Origin: Pseudomonadota bacterium
GTDB taxonomy: Bacteria; Pseudomonadota; Gammaproteobacteria; Methylococcales; Methylomonadaceae
Assembly (NCBI GenBank): GCA_039805765.1
Contig: JBDLTP010000050.1
Coordinates: forward strand, 10,378-74,377
Direction: 5' to 3'
Length of the DNA stretch: 64,000 nt
Of the stretch, positions 38,773 through 48,900 are shown piece after piece (positions within the stretch are counted from its first letter, which is position 1; the number at the start of each line of letters is the position of its first letter). The notes below the pieces were generated by a model, which saw only the letters and a program-made list of their open reading frames with translations, searched no databases and was not told where the DNA came from. The position numbers and the translations under genes were made by a program.

Positions 38773-41187
38773 TTGAACGTACTCTGGTATAAAGTATGGG
38801 CAGATTTGTGGCTCAATAAATCACGAACATGGCTCGCCATTATTAATATGGCAGTGGGCATTTTCAGTGTAGGCACTTTAGTTGGCATGATGGATCTCCA
38901 ATTAAGCCAGATGGATGCTGCTCATACACGCTCTAATCCTTCTCATATTAATTTCCTTTTGCGGTCAAGTGCGCAAACTGAAATACTCCAAAATATTCAA
39001 AGTTTGCCAAATGTACTTGGTCTTGATGCAATCACGCAGTTCACTGTGCGTTTTCGTTTATCAACGGAATCAGATTGGGAAACAGGCACCCTGTTCATTC
39101 GCCCCAATTATTTAACGCAAAATTATGATATTACGTCACTCAATAGTCAAAACTGGCCTAATCAAGGACAGGTTGCCATGGAAAACATGTCCGCGCAAAT
39201 GATGCCTTTAGCGTTGGAAACACCTATTGAATTTGAAACGCCTAACGGCCAGACTGTTTTAAAATTTAGCGGCGTTTTGCGTCACCCCTTCGTCAAGCCC
39301 CCGAAATTTGGTGGTCAACTGCATTTTTTTGCAGATACCAGCGCACTTGCTCTTTTTGATTTACCCAGCACCAGTTTTAGACAACTTCTGGTTCAAATCC
39401 AACCGCCATTCCAATCTGAAAAAGTTCAAGATGTTGCTCTCAATATTCGTCGTGAATTAGCTAAACATGGCGTGTATGTGAATGCAACATTCCTGCAGGA
39501 TCCAAGCAAACACTGGGGACGACCCTTTCTTTCAGGTATTCATTATGTTTTAACATGGATGGCTATTACGGCATTAATTCTTGCGAGTGCACTAACCTAT
39601 AAAACAGTCTCAGCGCATATTATCGAGCAAACAGCACAAATTGGAGTGATGAAAGCAATCGGTGCTAAAACGCGCACGCTCGTGTATTTATATTTAACAC
39701 AAATTTTTATAATGGCATTGATTGCTATTTTAATCGCCCTGCCCTTGGGCGTTCTCATTTCTCAACAAAGTTCTTGTCAGTTACTCAAGTTATTTAATAT
39801 TGCGTGCGAACCCTGGCGAATTTCATGGGGATCCGTGCAATTAATGATTGTTTCAGGTTTAGTCACACCCATTATCGCCACCCTTATTCCCATACTTCAA
39901 GGCGCACGCATGCCCGTTCATCATGCACTTGCCACTTATGGTTTGATGGGTAAATTTGGCTTGAGCCGCTTTGATGTGTGGATTCAAAAAATAGGAACAC
40001 ATGGACTTTCTATTTTGCAATCAGCGGCACTGGGAAATTTATTTCGCAATAAATTACGTTTTATACTCACACAAAGCGTCCTGATATCAGCTTGCGTGAT
40101 TTTTTTATTGCTAATGAGTTTAATTCATTCTTTGAATGTGACATTAAATAATGAAATGGAGCGACATCGATATGCCGTCCGTTTAGGGTTTAGTGTCGAT
40201 GAATCTGCCACTAAAATTGAAAAATTGCTTGGGGATTTTGATCAAAATGCGCACATCGAAATATGGCGGCGCTTACCTATTGAACTTATCAAAAATAACC
40301 TGCCAATTATTCCTAAAGGTAGTTTAGGGTTACAATTATTAGCGCTACCTGCTGAATCAACACTTTACAGTCCGCGTATTGAGCAAGGACGAAATTTGCA
40401 AAAAAGTGATATTGGTAAACGCGTTCTTCTTATAAGCAGTGATACCGCTCAAAAAAATGCGATTGAAGTCGGTGACACAGTTAATGTACAAATTGGCACT
40501 AAAATGGATTTATGGGAAGTTGTGGGCACGTATAACTGGCTTGCAGGAAATAATTTCATAATTGAATCGGTTTATGTCCCACTTGAGACAATAGAACTTC
40601 AAACACATCAAGCCAATATCGCCACCTACGCGTTGATTGATACGCCTATGGTGAATTTGATTGAAGAAAAAATATACTTAAAAAAATTAAAAGCTTTTTT
40701 TAACCAAGAAAAAATTAAGTTAGATGTCTACACGACGCAAGGCAAACGAGAACAACGCCAGTTTGCACAAAATCAATTCCAATCAGTGATCGGCACATTT
40801 ACTGGACTTGCAAGCTTAATTGCGTCTGTTGGAGGCATAAGCTTATCCGGCACCATCGCACTTAATGTCCTGCAGAGAAAGAGAGAAATTGGTGTTCTTC
40901 GTGCCATTGGCGCAGGTGATCAAAATATACTGTACCTGTTTTGGTCTGAAGGTTTTTTTCACGCTATTTCTGCTTGGCTATTATCTGTCCCGCTCGCCTA
41001 TTTTTTATCAAAATCCTTAAGCAATCAACTTGGACAGATTATATTTGGTGTGAAATTGGATTTTTGTTTCGATTGGTTATCCATTATTTATTGCTTATTT
41101 GGTCTGTTGATTATTGTCAGTTTCGCCGCTTATTTTCCAGCACGTAACGCGTCAAAATTAACCGTTAAAGAAGCGCTGTCTAGCTAA
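38773..41187 (+). CDS. ABC transporter permease with two FtsX-type modules (YbbP/MacB-like)
   Basis: 804 aa. Two repeats of TM, large periplasmic domain and a 3-TM FtsX core (...GVMKAIGAKTR... and ...GVLRAIGAGDQ...). TTG start 5 nt after the ATPase stop. Confidence 0.8.
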   Translation: MNVLWYKVWADLWLNKSRTWLAIINMAVGIFSVGTLVGMMDLQLSQMDAAHTRSNPSHINFLLRSSAQTEILQNIQSLPNVLGLDAITQFTVRFRLSTESDWETGTLFIRPNYLTQNYDITSLNSQNWPNQGQVAMENMSAQMMPLALETPIEFETPNGQTVLKFSGVLRHPFVKPPKFGGQLHFFADTSALALFDLPSTSFRQLLVQIQPPFQSEKVQDVALNIRRELAKHGVYVNATFLQDPSKHWGRPFLSGIHYVLTWMAITALILASALTYKTVSAHIIEQTAQIGVMKAIGAKTRTLVYLYLTQIFIMALIAILIALPLGVLISQQSSCQLLKLFNIACEPWRISWGSVQLMIVSGLVTPIIATLIPILQGARMPVHHALATYGLMGKFGLSRFDVWIQKIGTHGLSILQSAALGNLFRNKLRFILTQSVLISACVIFLLLMSLIHSLNVTLNNEMERHRYAVRLGFSVDESATKIEKLLGDFDQNAHIEIWRRLPIELIKNNLPIIPKGSLGLQLLALPAESTLYSPRIEQGRNLQKSDIGKRVLLISSDTAQKNAIEVGDTVNVQIGTKMDLWEVVGTYNWLAGNNFIIESVYVPLETIELQTHQANIATYALIDTPMVNLIEEKIYLKKLKAFFNQEKIKLDVYTTQGKREQRQFAQNQFQSVIGTFTGLASLIASVGGISLSGTIALNVLQRKREIGVLRAIGAGDQNILYLFWSEGFFHAISAWLLSVPLAYFLSKSLSNQLGQIIFGVKLDFCFDWLSIIYCLFGLLIIVSFAAYFPARNASKLTVKEALSS

Positions 41188-41195
41188 AATAGCGA

Positions 41196-42713
41196 TTAAT
41201 TTTCACCTTTCTTTAAATCCAGTAAAATTTTATCGCAGACCAGCTGACCTGATAGTGTGACCATGGGCATGCCCCCACCAGGATTAACACTACCGCCTAC
41301 AAAATAAAGATTATTCAATTTATCGCTACGTTGAGGGGCTTTAAAGCCTAAATTTACAAGCCTATTCGCCTCAACACCATAAATACTGCCTTGATTTGAA
41401 TAATACTTGGCCTCAATATCATTAGGTGTCCAGTATTCTTCGGTGACGATATGTTTACGCAAATCTTTTAGCCCCATTCGTTCAAGTTTAATCAATACAC
41501 GCTCACGCATAGCATAATACGCCTCATCACTGATGGGTTTATCTGGGTTTAAACACGGAATATGAGGTAAAATCTTAATAACTTCACACCCACTTGGTGC
41601 TTGATTAGTATCGGTCTTGCAAGGAGCGACCAGGTAAATAGTCGGATCTTCCGATAAATCGCCCTTTTTAAACACTGACGTAAAATGGGCACGTGAGTTA
41701 TTTGAGTAGAAAAAATTATGATGCGCAAGCTGGGGATACACACAATCCACCCCTAAATGCAGGACTATTCCTGAACAGCTTGGCTTAAAACGACGCATTT
41801 TTTTGATTTCAGGTTCAGTGCATTGCAATAGACTTTTCATCGCCGGAATGACTTCCATATTCGACACGACAATATCGGCACTTACTGTTTCACCATTTTT
41901 TAATCTCACACTCGTTGCAACTTGATGATTGTGATCGATGCTCTCAATTTCGGTATTCAAACGAATTGTCACGCCCAGTTCAATGGCCAGTTTTTCCATT
42001 GCCTGAGCAAGAGCATACATTCCACCACGAACATACCACAACCCATATTGGTATTGTATTGAGGGAAGTAAATTCATCAGCGCTGGCGCATCATAAGGTG
42101 ATGCGCCCACATATTTAATAAAATAATTTAAAATATCAATGAGTTTGGGATCATGAACATATCGTCGTACCCCCTGATCCATGGTTGAGAAAATATCAAA
42201 ACGTAAACTCCGTTTCAGCCCATAAAATTTAAGTAATTCCCAAATTCCATCAAGACCTTTTGCAAAATAGCCCGGTTGAGTTTCATCGCTGAGTTTTTGC
42301 GCATAGACCATGAATTCATTAAATTCTTCATATACCTTCGGACCTAATTTATCAAATTCTTGCTTTTGAATCTGCGCATCAGGCGATAAATCGACTACTG
42401 TCCCATCTTCGAAAAAATTTCGCCAATGTGGCGCCACCGACTCAAACGTAACATAGTCACTTCGTATGCGACCCGCACGCGTAAACAACTGATCAAAAAT
42501 TTCTGGCATGGTCAATATGGACGGCCCTAAATCAAATGTAAATCCGTCTTTTGATAGGACATTGAGTTTTCCGCCGACTTTATCGTTCTTTTCAATCAGC
42601 TCGACACTAAAGCCTTCACTCGCTAGCGAAATTGCCGCGGATAAGCCACCTAATCCAGCACCAATGATGACAACTTTTTTTTGACCCACTCCGTTTTGCA
42701 TATTAATATCCAC
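41196..42713 (-). CDS. crtP: 4,4'-diapolycopene oxygenase-type CrtI-family enzyme (CrtP/CrtNb)
   Basis: Long stretches match my recollection of S. aureus CrtP: DLGPSILTMP, FIKYVGASPYDAPA, GLWYVRGG, SNMEVIP, YPQLAHHNFF, DPTIYLV, IKILPHIP, MGLKDLRKHI, YFVGGSVNPGGGMPMVTLSGQ. Confidence 0.8.
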   Translation of the reverse strand: MDINMQNGVGQKKVVIIGAGLGGLSAAISLASEGFSVELIEKNDKVGGKLNVLSKDGFTFDLGPSILTMPEIFDQLFTRAGRIRSDYVTFESVAPHWRNFFEDGTVVDLSPDAQIQKQEFDKLGPKVYEEFNEFMVYAQKLSDETQPGYFAKGLDGIWELLKFYGLKRSLRFDIFSTMDQGVRRYVHDPKLIDILNYFIKYVGASPYDAPALMNLLPSIQYQYGLWYVRGGMYALAQAMEKLAIELGVTIRLNTEIESIDHNHQVATSVRLKNGETVSADIVVSNMEVIPAMKSLLQCTEPEIKKMRRFKPSCSGIVLHLGVDCVYPQLAHHNFFYSNNSRAHFTSVFKKGDLSEDPTIYLVAPCKTDTNQAPSGCEVIKILPHIPCLNPDKPISDEAYYAMRERVLIKLERMGLKDLRKHIVTEEYWTPNDIEAKYYSNQGSIYGVEANRLVNLGFKAPQRSDKLNNLYFVGGSVNPGGGMPMVTLSGQLVCDKILLDLKKGEN

Positions 42714-44304
42714 GTTTTAACGTTAGAAAACACTTCACATTATGCCAAAATTGCTTTAGGCTAAATTGCGACTGTGATCGAAAAATTTGTAAAACTGCAT
42801 GATTGCGTTTTCCACGCAACCACCATGAATCGTTGCTATAAATAAAATCAAGATAGCCTTTAAATCCTGCGTAACGCTCTGCACTATAGGGAAACCAATT
42901 GGGTTCTTTGGGTAAATGTGAAAAATTGATTAAACCTGAAACACTGTAGCTAAAGCTGAGTAAACCTTCTGCACCATGATAACGACCAAAACCACTTTTT
43001 TTAACCCCTCCAAATGGTAATGCAGGATGGCCGACATTTTTTAAAACATCGTTGATTACCCATGCGCCCACCTGCAATTGTCGAGCTACTCGCTCCGCTT
43101 TCAAAAGATCGCAACTCCAAACACTCGCGTTAAGACCATAAGAAGCGTCATTGGCTAATTTGACAACCTCAGCTTCATTATCAAATGACATTATCGCAAG
43201 TATTGGCGCGAAGGATTCTTCACGCATGATGCGCATATTATGCGTAACGTTCCATAATACAATTGGATTGACGAACATTCCATCATGAATAATCAAGGGT
43301 CCAGAGGCTTTTGCACCTTGAAGAATAGCATCATCATAGTGCGCCTGCATGAGTTGAATTTGAGCCGACGTGGTCATCGCTCCAATATCATTTTCAACGC
43401 CTCGTCCAACACGTATTTGAGTCAAGTTATCAAGTAATTTTTCTAACAGCCGATCATGGCATTTTTGTTGAACGTATAATCGCTCAACCGATACGCATAC
43501 CTGACCACTATTACAAAACGCGCCATATAATGCAGCGTGAGATGCTCTGTTGAGATCGGCATCGTCAAAAACAATCATCGCATCTTTGCCGCCTAACTCA
43601 AGTAAAACGGGAATAGGATGCAAAGCCGCACGTTTCATCACATTTCGACCGGCAGATAATCCGCCCGTAAAAAATACCATATCAGGTGCGGCATCAATTA
43701 ACTGTTCAGCTATCGCTTTATCGCCAATGACCCATTGTACTAATCCCTCAGGTAAATCGAGCTGCTTAAATAACTGATCAATATATTTTCCGACGGGTAA
43801 ACTGTATTCAGACGATTTAAATACTACGCCATTACCTGAAAATAAGGCCGTTATCAGTGGAGAAACTGTTAATTGAAAAGGATAATTCCAAGGGGAAATA
43901 ATGGCAATGACGCCAAAAGGTTGTCGATACACTTTTGCGCTAGTTGCCGTAAACAAAAAAGGCGATGTTGCTATGTTTTGATCAGCCAAAATAGCTGTCG
44001 CGTTCTTAAGATAATAATCAAGTAAACTTAAAACGGGCAATATATCTCCAAGTAACGCTTCCGTTTGGACTTTACCCGTGCTTTCACTTAAACAGTCACT
44101 TAGCGCATCCATATCGTTTAGGATGTCGTCACGTAATTGAGCCAATATTTGTACACGTTTTTTGACGGGCACATTTGACCATATTTGAGCGGCTACTCGA
44201 CATTGCTCCACTTTCTTGGCAACATCTTCCCTTGGCGTCATGTTATCGGTGTCTAAAATACGATTATCAAAAAGTGATCGACTCGTTATGACCGTCATAA
44301 TCAA
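42703..44304 (-). CDS. NAD(P)-dependent aldehyde dehydrogenase (carotenoid aldehyde dehydrogenase candidate)
   Basis: ALDH catalytic motifs ELGGKDA and FCNSGQVCVSVER. Sits between two CrtI-family genes, as in the Methylomonas crtN-ald-crtNb operon. Confidence 0.8.
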   Translation of the reverse strand: MIMTVITSRSLFDNRILDTDNMTPREDVAKKVEQCRVAAQIWSNVPVKKRVQILAQLRDDILNDMDALSDCLSESTGKVQTEALLGDILPVLSLLDYYLKNATAILADQNIATSPFLFTATSAKVYRQPFGVIAIISPWNYPFQLTVSPLITALFSGNGVVFKSSEYSLPVGKYIDQLFKQLDLPEGLVQWVIGDKAIAEQLIDAAPDMVFFTGGLSAGRNVMKRAALHPIPVLLELGGKDAMIVFDDADLNRASHAALYGAFCNSGQVCVSVERLYVQQKCHDRLLEKLLDNLTQIRVGRGVENDIGAMTTSAQIQLMQAHYDDAILQGAKASGPLIIHDGMFVNPIVLWNVTHNMRIMREESFAPILAIMSFDNEAEVVKLANDASYGLNASVWSCDLLKAERVARQLQVGAWVINDVLKNVGHPALPFGGVKKSGFGRYHGAEGLLSFSYSVSGLINFSHLPKEPNWFPYSAERYAGFKGYLDFIYSNDSWWLRGKRNHAVLQIFRSQSQFSLKQFWHNVKCFLTLKRGY

Positions 44305-44310
44305 AACAAC

Positions 44311-45837
44311 CTACTTTTTAAGCCATCGACTGTGATTAACGGGCGTAAATGAAACACCGTGATATTTTGAAATCAAATCGGATGAAATTCGCGCTGATTC
44401 ATAAATGGTTGGCAAACCACTGCCTGGATGCGTTCCACCACCGACTAAATAGCAATTGCCCAATTCCTCAAACTTATTATGAGGACGCCAATACAACATC
44501 TGACTAAATTTATGTGCCAAACTAAAAGTAGCCCCTTTGAAGATAGATTCCTGCGTTTGCCAATCCATTGGCGTAATTATTTTTTCGCATTCAATATGCG
44601 CTCGTAAATCATGAAGCCCCATTCGCTCACATAGCGCATCTAATACTTTCTCGCGCACTGTTGCAAAATGATCTGACCATTCAAGTTGACTATCGTTATT
44701 TGGCATAGGAACCAATATATAAAGTGCAGATTTGCCTTCTGGTGCGAGACTATCATCATTTATCGACGCATTTTGAACATAGAATGAAAAATCATCACTG
44801 AGGGTCTTATCCTGGAAAATATGTTTAATATTACTGCGATAATCACCTGCAAAAATAATAGTGTGGTGTGCTAAATCGTAAATTTTATCCAAGCCCAAAT
44901 ACAACATGAATGTGGAACACGAATAATCGAGTTTTTCTAGCTTATTTGGCGTATATTTTTTTAACGTATTTTTATCTACTAAGTGCGTCATCGCATGACC
45001 AAAATCAGCATTAATGATAACCTCATCCGCAAAAACGGACTCGCCATTTTCAAGTTTAACGCCTTTCACATCACCTTGCTCAATAATAAGTGATGCAACA
45101 CTTGTTGAAGTCCGTATTTGTCCGCCATTTTCAGTTATCACTTTTGCCATCGCACTTGAGATTTTATTTAATCCCCCTTTAACATGATAAATACCATATT
45201 GATGTTCGAGATAAGCAAGCATGGTAAATAAAGCGGGGCATTCCCAAGGCGACATTCCTAAATATTTAGACTGGAAACAAAATGCTAGACGGAGTTTTTC
45301 ATTTTGGAAATATTGTGCCAAATTATCAAAAACACTTTTAGGAAAGGCGAGCCAAGGTACTGCTTTAATTAAATCGAAAGAGAAAAAACGGCCTAAATTT
45401 GTATAATCACGCGTCATACAAGGATAGAGTGCATTGAAACGATGTTTTTCATTCTCCAAAAAATTAAGGTATCCCTCACTTGATTCACCAAAAACATGGT
45501 GCAATTCAAGCTTCATTTTCTCAGGATCACTATAGACATTGAAATCACGATCAACGAATTTTAATTGATACATCGGTGACAGTGATTGAAATTCTAAGTA
45601 ATCTTCGGCGCGTCTCTCACACAATAAAAACATTTCATCCAAAACACCTTTCATCAAAAGAAAAGTAGGGCCAGTATCAAATGTAAATTGATTTAGATGA
45701 AGGGGGCGACTACGTCCACCTACGTCCTCGTTTTTATCAAAAACTGTGACCTCAAAACCACGATGACTAAGTAGCATCCCTGCACATAAGCCACCAGGTC
45801 CCGCCCCGACAATAATAATTTTTTTTGATTTAGGCAT
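44311..45837 (-). CDS. crtN: CrtI-family desaturase (4,4'-diapophytoene desaturase CrtN candidate)
   Basis: FAD fold IIIVGAGPGGL, FDTGPTFLLM, C-terminal GGGTHPGSGLP. First gene of the three-gene cluster. Confidence 0.75.
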   Translation of the reverse strand: MPKSKKIIIVGAGPGGLCAGMLLSHRGFEVTVFDKNEDVGGRSRPLHLNQFTFDTGPTFLLMKGVLDEMFLLCERRAEDYLEFQSLSPMYQLKFVDRDFNVYSDPEKMKLELHHVFGESSEGYLNFLENEKHRFNALYPCMTRDYTNLGRFFSFDLIKAVPWLAFPKSVFDNLAQYFQNEKLRLAFCFQSKYLGMSPWECPALFTMLAYLEHQYGIYHVKGGLNKISSAMAKVITENGGQIRTSTSVASLIIEQGDVKGVKLENGESVFADEVIINADFGHAMTHLVDKNTLKKYTPNKLEKLDYSCSTFMLYLGLDKIYDLAHHTIIFAGDYRSNIKHIFQDKTLSDDFSFYVQNASINDDSLAPEGKSALYILVPMPNNDSQLEWSDHFATVREKVLDALCERMGLHDLRAHIECEKIITPMDWQTQESIFKGATFSLAHKFSQMLYWRPHNKFEELGNCYLVGGGTHPGSGLPTIYESARISSDLISKYHGVSFTPVNHSRWLKK

Positions 45838-45971
45838 AATTTACGTGAATTAAAAGTTATATAAATTGAGAGACTTGCAAATCGCTATAAAGCTACTGGC
45901 ATTTTTTCCTCTTTGAACACCTCATATTATCAGATGATGGCCATTCTTGTAGTCAAACACTTAAAAAAATT

Positions 45972-48900
45972 TTAATCTCCAAAGCCTAATATATCGATAC
46001 TTAAAATACTGAGAGTATTGTTTTTTGCAGATTGAGATTCCTTATCGTCTACGCCCGATAAGGCTTGACCCACCTGACTCACGTTAGCCGTTAAATTACT
46101 CGCCCCCGTTAAACCTGCAGCCATTCCACCTGACGATGCCTGTGGAACACCTGTGGATGTTCCTCCTACTTGAATATTGTTCCCACCCATGACGGCCGTT
46201 GCTGAAATAGTGACATTATTACCACCAATACCCGCTTCACCCGCATTCACAATACCTTTGGGCGCAAACAAAGACACGTTACCGGCTTTTTGACCAGGAG
46301 CAGACGCCGCTCTGATGCCACTACCGCTGGTAATGGTTGGCGCAGGAATCACAAGCTGATTGGTTATCTTATCAAAATAAGGCGCATTGACGGTGACAGC
46401 CAAAGCGGATTTAGCTCCCTTACCCGCATCAATATTACCCTCAGAAGACCAAATAACGATATCCCCCCCGCCCAAGGTAAAGACCCGCGACGTATTCACG
46501 GTAAAGTCATTTTTAACATAAGCATTAATAGAGCCTTGAGTTTGTGCCACTATTCCCAACTTATCAGGGGTTTTTACCCCTGTTGGGGCAACTGCTAGCC
46601 CTGCATTGACTTGTCCGCCAGGCACAAATAAATTAATGTCACCACCACTTATAGTTTGTATCTTACTAAACGGTATCATCAACTCACCCTGCCATTTATT
46701 GCCAGGAAATAAGGTTTCTATGGCTGTAAAACCACCGGCATTCCCTTTAGTTTTATCTGCCGCAGAAGCGGTTCCCGCTAACTTTAACTCATTAAAAAAT
46801 ACCGGCGTTAGAATGGCATTCAATTGTGGCTGAATTGCTAAGGTTTGAATTGGTTTTAAAGTCAAAAATTCCGCTAATGCTTCCGCATTACTTAAATTAC
46901 GATTGCCACTAATTTGCTGCATATAAGGTGTAATTAATGTTGTAAGCTTTGTATTTTCTTTAGCATACAATGGATTTGCCAACACATACTTATTTATAAA
47001 CGCGACATAATTTGGTGTACCACCATTTAACCCAACTAAGAGATCTAAATTTGCACCTGTCGCAACTAAGGCGGGATTAAAAAAATTCCCAACCGTTGTC
47101 ATGCCCACAGAGTCGCCTAAATCTAAGTTTCTCCCAGTTTTAACCAACGCGTTACCCGGTCCAGCCACCTGTATTTGATAACTATTATTAGCCAGTGTTG
47201 GACTGCCATTACTATCTAAATCCGTTACGAATTTAATATCGCGATCCGCAGATATAATAGACGCATCCGTTGCGTTATTTTGCTGTATCAGAATTGGACT
47301 ATTCACCAAATCTTTTCCCGATTGAACAATAGTCTGCTTGGACATATTGATTGCAACAGATGAAATATCACCAAGTTGGGTTACAAATCTTGCAGAAGTG
47401 TTATCTTTATGCAAAGGCTCAGTACCATGCATATAAGGTGATTGAGGGCCATTGGAATCTATAATTTCGGTATTAAACATGCTATAGGTAGCGTCTTGCT
47501 TGCCTCCAACAGTATTAAACGCATTAGCCAATAAGTCAGTATTTGCATCTGACATCGTTAAACTATAAATTCCAGTCCCGAGATCAAGATTCGTATTCGA
47601 CTTGATTCCTTGTTTAGCTAAGACATTGACATTTGCACTGGCAGAAGGATATAAAATAATGTCGCTATCGAGTATAGCACTCCCATTAAACGTCGTTGCT
47701 TCTAATGACGCTGGGTATACGTGCGGCAACCATCTTTCTAAACTGGATAAGTTTTCATCAATACTCAGAATAGTTGATATGACTTTCGTATCTGAATTTA
47801 AGTGAATATCTCCTCCCAAGGCGTTGAGTGTTAATTTACTCTTATCAGTGTAGCTAAAAAACTGAGTACCGTTATTGAGGTTCTGAAGCACCATGGCATC
47901 GGATACACCTGTAATTTTAATACCTTGATTGGCATTTAGCGTTAAATGTGTATTGCCTGTTAACGGATGACGTTGATTACCGCTCATGACCAGTTGTGGA
48001 CCAGAAACAAAAGCATTCGACTCAGTTGAATAACTGCCACTAATTTGCCCCCCTGCCGAAATAGTACCGATACCCTGTCCAAGGAAATAAGCTCCACCCG
48101 CTATATTACCACCAGCAACCACTGACATTTGCCCGCCACCCTGAACATCTAAGGCGCTAGTCGCATAGTCGGTTCCTAATTGTTTGCCAGTTGTTGGCAT
48201 CATCACTGATAAATCATTAATATTTCCTAGCGCAGAAACAGTCACTCCCCCCCCACCAAAAGAGCCAATATTTTGTTCAAACAAGCTTGCATTAACTGCC
48301 CACGTTGTTAATAAATTATTGTTTTTATTATCACTATCAAATGGACGACCTTGAACACCTAGCCATGATGCCCCATCAAATGTAGAGCGAATAAACTGAT
48401 TGCTCACCGCGCCTTTAATATCACCAGACGCCCGAATATCCACATTGCCTCCGGCAATAGGATAGTCACCGGTGATTATGCTTGCAAGGGTTTGATCTGC
48501 TAATGATCCAGTGCCTAAAGTGACGTTGTCTAACGTACCGGTAGGACTTGTATTCATATCTTTATTATCGTAAACCGTTGCACGACCACCGGTATAAATG
48601 CTCGCGGTTTGATCAGTCAAGATGAGATTGCCACCTGACGCTAATTTAATATCGCCAGTACCGGTATGTAAACTGCTCCCTGAGCCAATAGTCAAATCAC
48701 TTGTCTCTTGACTATTGAGTTTATCCGCAACGCTCAAACTAGTCGTAGCCATCGTATCAGCACTGCTTAAATCAGCACCTGAAACTAATTGAAACGACCA
48801 AGAGTTCGTATTCATTAGAGTTGAGCCATTATTTAAATAACCATCTTTTAATGATGCATTAATATTTAAAGGACCTGCGCTACGCACGATAAGCTCACCT

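Noticed and set aside
45838-47500. Possible contact-dependent inhibition (CdiA-CT toxin plus CdiI immunity) at the 3' end of tpsA.
   Set aside because: No VENN-type demarcation motif was seen. The C-terminus resembles the conserved DUF3739-type end rather than a variable toxin. The 134 bp before crtN hold no small ORF.
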